IMG/VR virus record: IMGVR_UViG_2855455421_000002
Span: 1 to 34,101 of that record
DNA: 34,101 nt
Direction: 5' to 3' (one strand)
Origin: a virus
Shown here: positions 23,386 through 30,921 of the stretch, piece after piece
Numbering within the stretch: the first letter of the stretch is position 1
How the letters are laid out: every line of letters begins with the position of its first letter
Made by a program: the position numbers and the translations under genes
The notes under the pieces: model-generated
The model's input: only the letters and a program-made list of their open reading frames with translations
Databases searched by the model: none
Told to the model about the DNA's origin: nothing

Positions 23386-24633
23386 TCATGAACGTAAATC
23401 TTCGATCACCCCCGTGTTCCGGTTGTACGAAACCCGAACCGTCCCAACCGCCCCGTTGCGGCTCTTGGCCACAATGACTTCCGCTACGCGGGGATCAGCA
23501 TCGGCATTGTAGTAGCTATCGCGATACAGGAAGATAACCACGTCCGCGTCCTGCTCAATGCTTCCTGACTCTCGAATATCCGACATTAGCGGGCGCTTGT
23601 CGCTTCGCTTCTCTACATCACGCGACAGTTGCGCCAGTGTGATGATCGGGCAACTGAACTCTTTGGCCGTCTCCTTGATCGCTCTGGAAATCTCGGTGAC
23701 TTGCAAATGCATGTTTCCACCGTAATATCGTTCCGGCCGTATCAACGTGAGATAGTCGATAAACACGACAGGTTTTCTGTCCGGAAATCGATTGACGGCC
23801 TTTCTGATTTTCGAGCGAATGTCCGCGATGCTCTGTCCGGCGCCGTCAAAGATTTGCATGTGTGTTTCGGATGCCTTCCCAATGACTTCGATCCACATGC
23901 GCTTCTGTTCTTCTGACAAATCGTGATACGGATTTCGCAACTTCATACGATTAAATCCGCCAATCGAGCCGATGAGCCGGTCGCGGATTTTATCGGCCGC
24001 CATTTCAAGCGAAAACACGATAGGCAAGTATCCATGCCACCCGGCACTTTTCGCGAAATGAATCATGAAATCGGTTTTCCCCATGGACGGGCGCGCTGCC
24101 AAAATGATCGAGTCGCCATCATTGAAACCATTCAGCATTTTGTCGAGTTCGTTAATGCCTGACGGCGCCCCCATTTTCCGTTCGGTCGGCGTCCATGGCG
24201 CTTCGGCCACCTCTTGGAGCAAGTCGCTGATGTCATGATGGTCGGTTACCCGTCCTTCGTTCAAACGGGTCAGCGCGGTTGTGATCTTGTCAATATCCCA
24301 ATTTTCCTGCGCCGCAACGACGAGAATCCGCCGCTTCTCACGTTCTTTCCATTCGTCGAGAACCAACGTTTCGTATTGGTCGAATTTCGTTTCGTTCGCA
24401 AAAGCGGATACCTCATTGAGATAAGAAAGACCGCCAAAATCGGCAACATCTTCTGTCGTCGAAAGCGTTACAATATCCGGCTCGTCTCCATGCTGTGCGA
24501 TCCGCTTCATGGCGGCGAACAGTTTTCGATGCTTCGGATCGCTGAAATGCGTTTCGGTCAGAATCGTTTCTTTGAGCAGGTAGGGACATTCTAGAAATGT
24601 CCCTAACACTGCTTTTTCTGCCTCAACGCTCAT
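23386..24633 (-). CDS. DnaB-type replicative helicase, 415 aa
   Basis: N-terminal VEAEKAVLGTFL, Walker A AARPSMGKTDF, and IFLYRDSYYN typical of DnaB/G40P. The ATG at 24633 forms an ATGA overlap with the loader stop. Confidence 0.9.
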   Translation of the reverse strand: MSVEAEKAVLGTFLECPYLLKETILTETHFSDPKHRKLFAAMKRIAQHGDEPDIVTLSTTEDVADFGGLSYLNEVSAFANETKFDQYETLVLDEWKEREKRRILVVAAQENWDIDKITTALTRLNEGRVTDHHDISDLLQEVAEAPWTPTERKMGAPSGINELDKMLNGFNDGDSIILAARPSMGKTDFMIHFAKSAGWHGYLPIVFSLEMAADKIRDRLIGSIGGFNRMKLRNPYHDLSEEQKRMWIEVIGKASETHMQIFDGAGQSIADIRSKIRKAVNRFPDRKPVVFIDYLTLIRPERYYGGNMHLQVTEISRAIKETAKEFSCPIITLAQLSRDVEKRSDKRPLMSDIRESGSIEQDADVVIFLYRDSYYNADADPRVAEVIVAKSRNGAVGTVRVSYNRNTGVIEDLRS

Positions 24634-24893
24634 TGTGTCCAATCCTCTCCGGCGTTCACGTTGTGAACATACAGTTTATAGTAGGCAGGTCGTTCTTCTC
24701 TGTGGCAAAGTTCGGCGATGGTAGGCGGATACGTCTTTTCCTTCACATGTCGCTTGGCGTTGGACAACACCAAGTCGAATGGTTCGTCTGCCAACAAGTC
24801 GTGCCAAATGTCCACTTTCTCCTTTGACACCTCAAAGTTCGGGTAGACAAAGGAAATGAGCTTCATGACGTGTTTCACTTGCTCTCTCGTCAT
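24630..24893 (-). CDS. Helicase loader (SPP1 G39P-like loader/inhibitor), 87 aa
   Basis: Position between the organizer and helicase genes. The pattern VDIWHDLLADEPFDLVLSNAKRHVKEKTYPPTIAEL resembles the G39P family. Confidence 0.55.
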   Translation of the reverse strand: MTREQVKHVMKLISFVYPNFEVSKEKVDIWHDLLADEPFDLVLSNAKRHVKEKTYPPTIAELCHREERPAYYKLYVHNVNAGEDWTQ

Positions 24894-24911
24894 GCCGGTT
24901 CTCCCCTTTGG

Positions 24912-25757
24912 TTAGAGTTCGTCCCAGTTAATTTCGGTCGGCGATTGCCTGCGGCGCGGCGGCTGTTTTCTCTTTTGCTCGAACATTTCGTTGTACTCTT
25001 TCACATCATCGAGAGTGAACAACCCCATAAATTCGAAGTTTCGTAGAATGCTAGAAATGTATCGCGCCGGATTCCGCGGCATCTGTTTCCGGGCCAATCG
25101 GATCGCTTCGACGATGATCGCTTCCGGCTCTTGAAATTGTCCACTTTCGATTATTTGTTCAAACTCCTGTTGCAAGATATGAGGCGGTAAGTAGCCAAAC
25201 GCTTTCTCGAATTCGGTAACAGGATTGCATTTGGTTTCGTGTTCCTTCTCTGTCGTTTCTTCCGATAGGTCACTAACTGCCTCGCCCTTATCATCATCTT
25301 TTATATCTGTTGTATTCTCTGTGTATTCTCTGGTTATTGGTGTGGCCATTTTGGCCATATGGATGTGGCCATTTTGGCCATCTCGACTGGCCATTTTGGC
25401 CACATGGTCTGGCCACATATCGTTTTCTTCTGACACAATTTCTTCCAATCGTTCATAATCGATTCGATACCATTTCGTTTTATCAATCTTCATCGAATTC
25501 AAGTAGTCTGATATGACAATCCCTTTATTTTCTAGGTTTTTGATTGTTCTCCTGATTGTCCTAATTGACCAAAATGGAAATTGCTTCTGCCAATCTTGGT
25601 ATGTGTTGTAAACCCATCTATGTCCATCGCGTTCGTTGTTGCTCTCTTGTAGCCAGTAATGCAACTGCTGTAAGACGATCGCCTCGTTTAGCCCGATTTC
25701 TTTAGCCAATGACGGCAATATCACGAGCGGCTTTTCATCAAGAAGAAGTTTGCTCAT
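24912..25757 (-). CDS. Replisome organizer / origin-binding protein with C-terminal DnaD-like domain, 281 aa
   Basis: The N-terminal winged-helix-like LAKEIGLNEAIVLQQLHYWL...WSIRTIRRTIKNLENKGIV is typical of phage replisome organizers. The C-terminus PRNPARYISSILRNF is DnaD/DnaB_2-like. The ATG at 25757 forms an ATGA overlap with the upstream stop. Confidence 0.8.
   Translation of the reverse strand: MSKLLLDEKPLVILPSLAKEIGLNEAIVLQQLHYWLQESNNERDGHRWVYNTYQDWQKQFPFWSIRTIRRTIKNLENKGIVISDYLNSMKIDKTKWYRIDYERLEEIVSEENDMWPDHVAKMASRDGQNGHIHMAKMATPITREYTENTTDIKDDDKGEAVSDLSEETTEKEHETKCNPVTEFEKAFGYLPPHILQQEFEQIIESGQFQEPEAIIVEAIRLARKQMPRNPARYISSILRNFEFMGLFTLDDVKEYNEMFEQKRKQPPRRRQSPTEINWDEL
25343..25415. 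repeat. Iterons: three copies of TGGCCATTTTGGCCA plus a fourth TGGCCA half-site, spaced 22-23 bp (candidate phage replication origin)
   Basis: Copies at 25343-25357, 25366-25380 and 25388-25402, with a half-site at 25410-25415. They lie inside the organizer gene and are followed by an AT-rich stretch (25416-25550). Confidence 0.75.
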
Positions 25758-25987
25758 TTCGAATCCCCCTCTGGCCTTTCTTTGATGCAAACGACCACTT
25801 GCTTTTTCTTATCTACCTCGATCACTTTGAATTCGGGATGAACGATTCGGATATATCCCCTCGCATACGCTTCATATTCCTTTTCCGTTCTGGCCATCCA
25901 CGTGTAGCAAAACGGCAAGGCTACTGGATATTCGAGCCCTTCTTTAAATGCCTTTTGAACCTTCTCTTTCTTCTTTCTTGTAGCCAA
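25754..25987 (-). CDS. Early protein of unknown function, 77 aa
   Basis: ORF with a TTG start at 25987 and a moderate SD. Its stop is coupled (ATGA) to the organizer gene. Confidence 0.45.
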   Translation of the reverse strand: MATRKKKEKVQKAFKEGLEYPVALPFCYTWMARTEKEYEAYARGYIRIVHPEFKVIEVDKKKQVVVCIKERPEGDSK

Positions 25988-26008
25988 TTGATCTCATCTC
26001 CGAGTTTT

Positions 26009-26164
26009 TCAATGGTTCTCTACAAGAATCAAAGCTAGGATCGCGCCGGAAACAGCGTAGGGAAGCCACCACAGCTTCGTTTCTCTCAAAATCGCATCCG
26101 TATCTTCATCGGTTTCGAGGAAGCGATAATACGCTTCCCCGAACCGTTTCAACCATGTTTTCAT
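26009..26164 (-). CDS. Small membrane protein, 51 aa
   Basis: MKTWLKRF... with a hydrophobic tail WWLPYAVSGAILALILV. The ATG at 26164 forms an ATGA overlap with the ERF stop. Confidence 0.5.
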   Translation of the reverse strand: MKTWLKRFGEAYYRFLETDEDTDAILRETKLWWLPYAVSGAILALILVENH

Positions 26165-26856
26165 TCGAACCGCCCCGTTATGATCGAGATAGCTTTGCTC
26201 GCCTCCTCGACAGTCCATTCAGACGGCTCTCTATCGACACCCATCGTTTCCTTCAGCTTTTCGTACAGCTTTTCTTTTGGCCAATCGGCAGTTATTCTTC
26301 GTGAAATAAGGGCGTCGATGTATTTCAATTGGTTTTCGCTCGCCTTTTTGCTTTTCCCGTTGTCAAGCTGTCCATTTTGTCTTGTCTTCGTATCTCTCGC
26401 GTCAGGATCATCCTCATCGGTCGGCACGCTGAAAAACTTCATGAGAAAGTATCGTTCCGTGTACGTCAGTGCGCTGCCAAATGCTTTCGATATATCGTCT
26501 TGTTGCCCCATATACTGCCAAGGGATTTCGACTCGATCGCTCGGATCGTCCGCGTTGATCCATACATATTTCATGTCGCCAGTGACAACAAAGTCTGTTT
26601 TTGGCCGTTCGCGTTTATTTTCGCGATCATATACGGTATAATTGAACATGGAATGGTTTTGGTTGAGGACGATTGGGACGAGCAACACGCCCAATTCGTC
26701 CATTTTTTCTCGAATCTTTTTCAGCACCTGCGCGCCGGATACATAACGATAGCCGTACCCTTGCGAATCTTTTACGAACACATCGACCGTTTTTCTGATT
26801 TCTACAAGTTTTTGATAAATGTTTAACAGTTTCGGTTGTTCAGCTGTTTTCGTCAT
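26161..26856 (-). CDS. ERF-family single-strand annealing protein, 231 aa
   Basis: LNIYQKLVEIRKTVDVFVKDSQGYGYRYVSGAQVLKKIREKMDELGVLL matches the ERF N-terminal pattern. ATGA overlap with the Gp157-like gene. Confidence 0.75.
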   Translation of the reverse strand: MTKTAEQPKLLNIYQKLVEIRKTVDVFVKDSQGYGYRYVSGAQVLKKIREKMDELGVLLVPIVLNQNHSMFNYTVYDRENKRERPKTDFVVTGDMKYVWINADDPSDRVEIPWQYMGQQDDISKAFGSALTYTERYFLMKFFSVPTDEDDPDARDTKTRQNGQLDNGKSKKASENQLKYIDALISRRITADWPKEKLYEKLKETMGVDREPSEWTVEEASKAISIITGRFE

Positions 26857-27329
26857 CGAATTCTCACTCCTTTTTCTTGCTTGAGTTCAACGCCTGGAAT
26901 TTGCTCTCCGTTTTTGATCCGCTCCAAAATGCCTTTTTTGTCCACCTCGACTTTTTGTTTCAAAAACTCTGCTGGAATCGCCGACATATCCACAACATCC
27001 ACAGACGGTGGATTGTCTTGAATGTATACCGTGATGGTGGGCCGCTTGATTCGCTTAATGCCCGCGTGCTCCAATTGCTCGACTAGATACGATTTCAGCC
27101 GTTTCACCTTATTTTCAATTGCTGTTCTTTTCTCGTTTAGTCGCTTTTCTTCTTCTCGAATGGCTTTCGCATCCGCTTCGAGGTTGCGGATCAACTTTGC
27201 AATGTTTTCCGCCTTGAGTTCGATTTCATCGCGAATCGCTTCTAACGTATCAACCAACGCGTCTGAATCCATTTCCTCTTCCATATTCAGCAATTCGGCA
27301 TAGTTGGCTGCTAGTTCATACAGCTTCAT
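26853..27329 (-). CDS. Siphovirus Gp157-like protein, 158 aa
   Basis: MKLYELAANYAELLNMEEE...LVDTLEAIRDEIELKAENIAKLIRNLEADAKAIREEEKRL is the typical Gp157 coiled N-terminus. It is the usual partner upstream of the SSAP gene. Confidence 0.7.
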   Translation of the reverse strand: MKLYELAANYAELLNMEEEMDSDALVDTLEAIRDEIELKAENIAKLIRNLEADAKAIREEEKRLNEKRTAIENKVKRLKSYLVEQLEHAGIKRIKRPTITVYIQDNPPSVDVVDMSAIPAEFLKQKVEVDKKGILERIKNGEQIPGVELKQEKGVRIR

Positions 27330-27353
27330 GAGCGCTCTCCCCTTTACAGGTCT

Positions 27354-27548
27354 TTAGTAATGCTTCAATTCGCCGTGTTCTAAACAAAACGCCATCGCGC
27401 AAGAGCGGTCGTAATGTACGAGAAGGCCGTCTGGAAACTCAATGTATCCTTCGCCTTCGACAATGTCGGAGAAGCATCCGGCACATTCGCCGATCACTCT
27501 CGGTTCTTCCCATTTCACGTTAAGCGTCATCGGATTTTCCACAGCCAT
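27354..27548 (-). CDS. Small Cys-containing protein, 64 aa
   Basis: ATG directly after the upstream TAA (27549-27551). Confidence 0.45.
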   Translation of the reverse strand: MAVENPMTLNVKWEEPRVIGECAGCFSDIVEGEGYIEFPDGLLVHYDRSCAMAFCLEHGELKHY

Positions 27549-27890
27549 TTATAACAGCCCCTTTCTCTTTAGAAGGTCGATTTGATTTCTAACTGATGGT
27601 ATTGTACGGTTGAGCATCTCTGACAACGTTCTGACCGGTAAATGAATATTGTCGAGCAGTATCCGTCGTTCTTCCTCTGTCCATTTCTTGATCCTCTTGT
27701 CTTTCGGGCGCTGACCGACATCATTGATAAGCCACTCTCCAAGCGTCCGCATTTCTTTATAGACATCGCATGTTTCACATTGCTGTACATATCGACTGCT
27801 GTTGCGAAGACCTCCATACGGACATTTGCGGCATATGTTTAGAAGTTCCCCTATGCGGACACGTGCTTTTGTTTTATCATCATTCCGCAA
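27549..27890 (-). CDS. Cys-cluster plus Myb/SANT-like (RsfA-like) DNA-binding protein, 113 aa
   Basis: CRKCP...CETC followed by KKWTEEERRILLDNIHLPVRTLSEMLNRTIPSVRNQIDLL. TTG start with GGGGGTGG upstream. Confidence 0.45.
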   Translation of the reverse strand: MRNDDKTKARVRIGELLNICRKCPYGGLRNSSRYVQQCETCDVYKEMRTLGEWLINDVGQRPKDKRIKKWTEEERRILLDNIHLPVRTLSEMLNRTIPSVRNQIDLLKRKGLL

Positions 27891-28092
27891 TGAACCACCC
27901 CCTTTCCCCTAATGCCTATATTCAGACGCAGGAGACAGGCAACATTGACCAAAAACATGAGGCAATTCGGAAAAACAGGACAACATCCCGCGCCTGAGGA
28001 TAGGAACTAAGGAGTAGTTGGCAAAGAAGGTGAGCCGCCCTCTTTGCCCTTCCCCTTTTTTTCTCTCAAGGTTGAATCGACTCATTCGAGGT

Positions 28093-28224
28093 TCAAAACT
28101 CGTATTTGCTATCCTCCCAACCGCACTCATCGCATTCTGCTTCCCAAACGTACCCTTTCCCCTCAACGATTTCCACTACTTCCCAACGAGCTTCTGCGCC
28201 ACAACGTGGGCATTCCATGTTCAT
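28093..28224 (-). CDS. Zinc-ribbon mini-protein, 43 aa
   Basis: MNMECPRCGAEARWEV...AECDECGWE. The ATG at 28224 is preceded by GGAGGTG with 6-nt spacing. The longer track ORF (to 28338) overlaps the upstream gene. Confidence 0.55.
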   Translation of the reverse strand: MNMECPRCGAEARWEVVEIVEGKGYVWEAECDECGWEDSKYEF

Positions 28225-28240
28225 GTTTTTCACCTCCGTT

Positions 28241-28516
28241 TCACTCGAGGCCGAAGCGTTCTGGATGCGCTTTGATCGCGTCGCGAACCGTATCCACTCC
28301 GATGCGGTTGACGTGTTCAACTCCCAGTTCGCTGACACTCAGCTCAAAAATGAAGCTGTCACTGATCGCGCTGATCTCGTAGTACACGCGCCCGTCACCA
28401 AAATCCAATTCAGTGACTCGAAAAACATTTCTGACTTTCCATTCCGCCATCGCCCGATCAGCTACTTCTCTGACGCCGCTAGGCAATTTATCTAGCGAGA
28501 TGTTTTTGATTTGCAT
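28241..28516 (-). CDS. Early protein of unknown function, 91 aa
   Basis: ATG at 28516 preceded by AAAGGGGGA. Confidence 0.5.
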   Translation of the reverse strand: MQIKNISLDKLPSGVREVADRAMAEWKVRNVFRVTELDFGDGRVYYEISAISDSFIFELSVSELGVEHVNRIGVDTVRDAIKAHPERFGLE

Positions 28517-28751
28517 GAGTATCCCCCTTTTTCAAAAAGATGTCTCGAAAATGCTTTTGAAGAAATTCCTCCATCTTCGATGCGATGAAGCACCATCGCT
28601 CACCTTTTCGCTCCGGGTAGTACACAAAACCGCCATTTTCAATATCGAGCATCGGCTTGTAGCGAGGATGGAGCAGGATGTGCTCCTTCAGCCAATCCTC
28701 GCTATATCCTGTGTGTTCTTTGAGATCCTGCATCGACCACCATACTTTCAT
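28488..28751 (-). CDS. DUF771-like small DNA-binding protein (possible excisionase-type), 87 aa
   Basis: MKVWWSMQDLKEHTGYSEDWLKEHILLHPRYKPMLDIENGGFVYYPERKGERWCF resembles the DUF771 pattern. The ATG at 28751 is preceded by AAGGAGGGAGAGGA. Confidence 0.45.
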   Translation of the reverse strand: MKVWWSMQDLKEHTGYSEDWLKEHILLHPRYKPMLDIENGGFVYYPERKGERWCFIASKMEEFLQKHFRDIFLKKGDTHANQKHLAR

Positions 28752-28768
28752 CGATTCCTCTCCCTCCT

Positions 28769-29560
28769 TCACGCTGTTTGCTCTTTCTGTAGCAACAGCC
28801 GGAATGTTTCCTTTCCGCGCGGTGTGATCAATGTTTGCACATCGGCCTTCCCATTACGGGTAAATTCTTTCAATTTGAACAGCTCTGGCACATACTGTGC
28901 ATATGGTTTCAATTTTCCTTTTTGATCTCTGTAGACAAATTTGTTATCGAGGAGCCATTCGATGAAATACCGTTCTTTCACCTCAAGCTCTTTGGCGGTA
29001 TCCCTAAAGTTAGTGAGCAAGTTCCGATCGACAAGAGCATCAAAGTAGTCTGCCTTTGGCTTCATCGCCGCGATCTGCTCATTTTGCCGGCGCACCGTTT
29101 CCAGCACGCCACGGAACATCATTTTCGTTTGTTCGTCCGCGAACGGAAGATACGTATTGATGAACATTTCATCGTTTGAGACATAGCCGCCCGTTTTGCG
29201 GATGGTTGGCAACACCTCTGCGGTTACCCAACGCTTAAACTGTTTCGCTTTTTCCTTGATCTCTGGATTATTTCCTTGCTTCGCTGCGCCGAAGATTAAG
29301 CTGTAAAGACCGGATTCGTTAATGAATTTCTTTTTTACAACCTGCATCGCTGGTGTGCCATCGGCTTTTACCCCCGTTTGTACCCCTACTCCGTGGACCG
29401 CGGAGTCCTCTTCGTCAACATGGTTAGCAAGCGCATCATGCGGCTTTAAGAATCCTAACGCCTTTGCCGCCTCCACCCCTCCAAACCATTCGACTCCTTC
29501 AACAACGACAACGGGTAACTCACCAAACATGGAATGATTGAAAATTTGGACGTCTGTCAA
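28769..29560 (-). CDS. Antirepressor (BRO-N domain plus KilAC/ANT domain), 263 aa
   Basis: The N-terminal IFNHSMFGELPVVVVEGVEWFGGVEAAKALGF is BRO-N-like. The C-terminal KPKADYFDALVDRNLLTNFRDTAKEL is KilAC-like. TTG start with AGGAGG 9 nt upstream. Confidence 0.8.
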   Translation of the reverse strand: MTDVQIFNHSMFGELPVVVVEGVEWFGGVEAAKALGFLKPHDALANHVDEEDSAVHGVGVQTGVKADGTPAMQVVKKKFINESGLYSLIFGAAKQGNNPEIKEKAKQFKRWVTAEVLPTIRKTGGYVSNDEMFINTYLPFADEQTKMMFRGVLETVRRQNEQIAAMKPKADYFDALVDRNLLTNFRDTAKELEVKERYFIEWLLDNKFVYRDQKGKLKPYAQYVPELFKLKEFTRNGKADVQTLITPRGKETFRLLLQKEQTA

Positions 29561-29574
29561 TTGTGCAATCCTCC

Positions 29575-29811
29575 TTACCCGGCTGTTTTTTTCTCTTGTA
29601 ATTCATGAGTTACAACTTGTGTAAAAAAAATATCCTCTACCTTTTTTCCAAAGAATTGCGCGATAGCATACATCAATTCATACGATGGAGCCCTTTTTAA
29701 CTTCCCTCTTTCGATTTTGTGTATCGTTTGACGGGTTGTTCCAACGGCCTTTGCTAGCTCTTCTTGAGTAATATCAAAAGACCGGCGAACATCCCTCAAG
29801 CAGTTTTTCAC
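29575..29811 (-). CDS. Cro-like XRE-family HTH regulator, 78 aa
   Basis: ITQEELAKAVGTTRQTIHKIERGK is an HTH motif. The GTG at 29811 is preceded by AGGAGGTGA. It is divergent from the repressor gene. Confidence 0.8.
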   Translation of the reverse strand: MKNCLRDVRRSFDITQEELAKAVGTTRQTIHKIERGKLKRAPSYELMYAIAQFFGKKVEDIFFTQVVTHELQEKKTAG

Positions 29812-29832
29812 TCTATCACCTCCTGTCGATTT

Positions 29833-29863
29833 TAATTGTAACTCAGGGGTTACAATTAGTCAA
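29833..29863 (-). promoter_or_regulatory. Early lytic promoter with an embedded perfect palindromic operator
   Basis: Minus strand reads TTGACT (29858-29863), 17-nt spacer, TACAAT (29835-29840). The operator TAATTGTAAC-N6-GTTACAATTA (29833-29858) covers the spacer and overlaps both hexamers. Confidence 0.8.
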
Positions 29864-29884
29864 CTATGAATTACAAAGAAATAA

Positions 29885-29913
29885 TTCACTCTATGTAAAT
29901 TTTGATTTACAAT
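29885..29913 (+). promoter_or_regulatory. Candidate repressor-maintenance promoter
   Basis: TTCACT (29885-29890), 17-nt spacer, TACAAT (29908-29913). TTACA/TGTAA half-sites occur at 29907-29919 and 29919-29933. The SD GGGGGGGAG precedes the ATG at 29956. Confidence 0.55.
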
Positions 29914-29955
29914 ATGTAATGTAAAGGTTACATTTTAGGGGGGGAGTTCAGATTA

Positions 29956-30426
29956 ATGAAAAGCCTAGGTGAACTTTTAAGGGAATTACGAGGGAATGCT
30001 TCCCTTAGAGAGGCAAGTGAACGTATCGGCATTAGCCATAATTATTTACGGAATTTAGAAAAAGGGATAGATCCGAGAACGAAAACACCCATCAATCCCT
30101 CTGCTGAAACATTAAAAAAAATTGCCAAGGCTTATGACTACCCGTATGAAGAACTATTGAAAGTCGCTGGATACCTCGATGATAACGACAAACCCAAGCT
30201 CCCCGAACTTACCGAGAAAGACGAGCGCGACATCCAAAAGGAGCTGGAAAAGATCATCAAAGGACTCAAAACAGGAAGCGGTTTCGCCGCATTCGGCGGA
30301 GTGGACATCGATGAACTTGACGAAGAGGATCGGGAACTGCTGATCGCGTCGCTGGAAAACTCTCTTCGCCTCGCTAAACGTATCGCAAAGCAAAAATTCA
30401 CGCCGAAGAAATATCGAAAAGAATAA
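29956..30426 (+). CDS. Phage repressor, XRE-family HTH (ImmR/CI-like), 156 aa
   Basis: LRGNASLREASERIGISHNYLRNLEKG is an HTH motif. It is divergent from the cro-like gene and is followed by an ImmA-like protease gene. Confidence 0.85.
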   Translation: MKSLGELLRELRGNASLREASERIGISHNYLRNLEKGIDPRTKTPINPSAETLKKIAKAYDYPYEELLKVAGYLDDNDKPKLPELTEKDERDIQKELEKIIKGLKTGSGFAAFGGVDIDELDEEDRELLIASLENSLRLAKRIAKQKFTPKKYRKE

Positions 30427-30446
30427 CCATCTCCAGGGGGTTCGCT

Positions 30447-30887
30447 ATGGCTGAAAAGATCAAACAAATTGTAGAGAAGATGATCCGAAAGCACGGCACG
30501 AACAACCCCTTTGAGATCGCATCACAGAAAGGCATTGTGCTGTTGTTTGAGCCGCTGGGCGGGATATACGGGTATCATCATACATTTCGCCGGATTCAGA
30601 TCATTCACATCAATGATGAGTTGGACGAGCCTATGAAACGTTTCGTCTGCGCGCACGAGCTAGGGCATGCGGTTCTGCATCCCGAACTCAGCACTTCATT
30701 TTTGCGAAAACACACTCTTTTCTGCATGGACAAGGTGGAGCGAGAAGCGAATGAGTTTGCAGTGGAATTGCTTCTTCCAGATGATTGTCTTTATACATAT
30801 CGAAATACCGATATGACCATTTATGAGGCCGCTAAAACGTACGGAATTCCCAAGGAGGTGGTGCATCTAAAAAATTTTGACCACTGA
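30447..30887 (+). CDS. ImmA/IrrE-family zinc metalloprotease (anti-repressor protease), 146 aa
   Basis: HEXXH motif in FVCAHELGHAVLHP. Size and position directly downstream of the repressor match the ImmR-ImmA arrangement. Confidence 0.8.
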   Translation: MAEKIKQIVEKMIRKHGTNNPFEIASQKGIVLLFEPLGGIYGYHHTFRRIQIIHINDELDEPMKRFVCAHELGHAVLHPELSTSFLRKHTLFCMDKVEREANEFAVELLLPDDCLYTYRNTDMTIYEAAKTYGIPKEVVHLKNFDH

Positions 30888-30921
30888 ACCAAACATACAT
30901 TCTCACAGGGAGGGAGATGAC

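Noticed and set aside
27909-28166. Minus-strand 85-aa track ORF in the early-region gap
   Set aside because: It has no SD at any in-frame start, overlaps the zinc-ribbon gene, and its composition is atypical of the neighbouring genes.
28018-28275. Plus-strand 85-aa ORF preceded by TAAGGAG
   Set aside because: The SD-to-TTG spacing is only 3 nt. The ORF is antisense to two well-supported minus-strand genes and its sequence is low-complexity.
29600-29625. Operator-like GTTACAA-ct-TGTGTAA inside the 3' end of the cro-like gene
   Set aside because: It is an imperfect match with different spacing from the intergenic operator, and it lies in coding sequence, so it may be coincidental.
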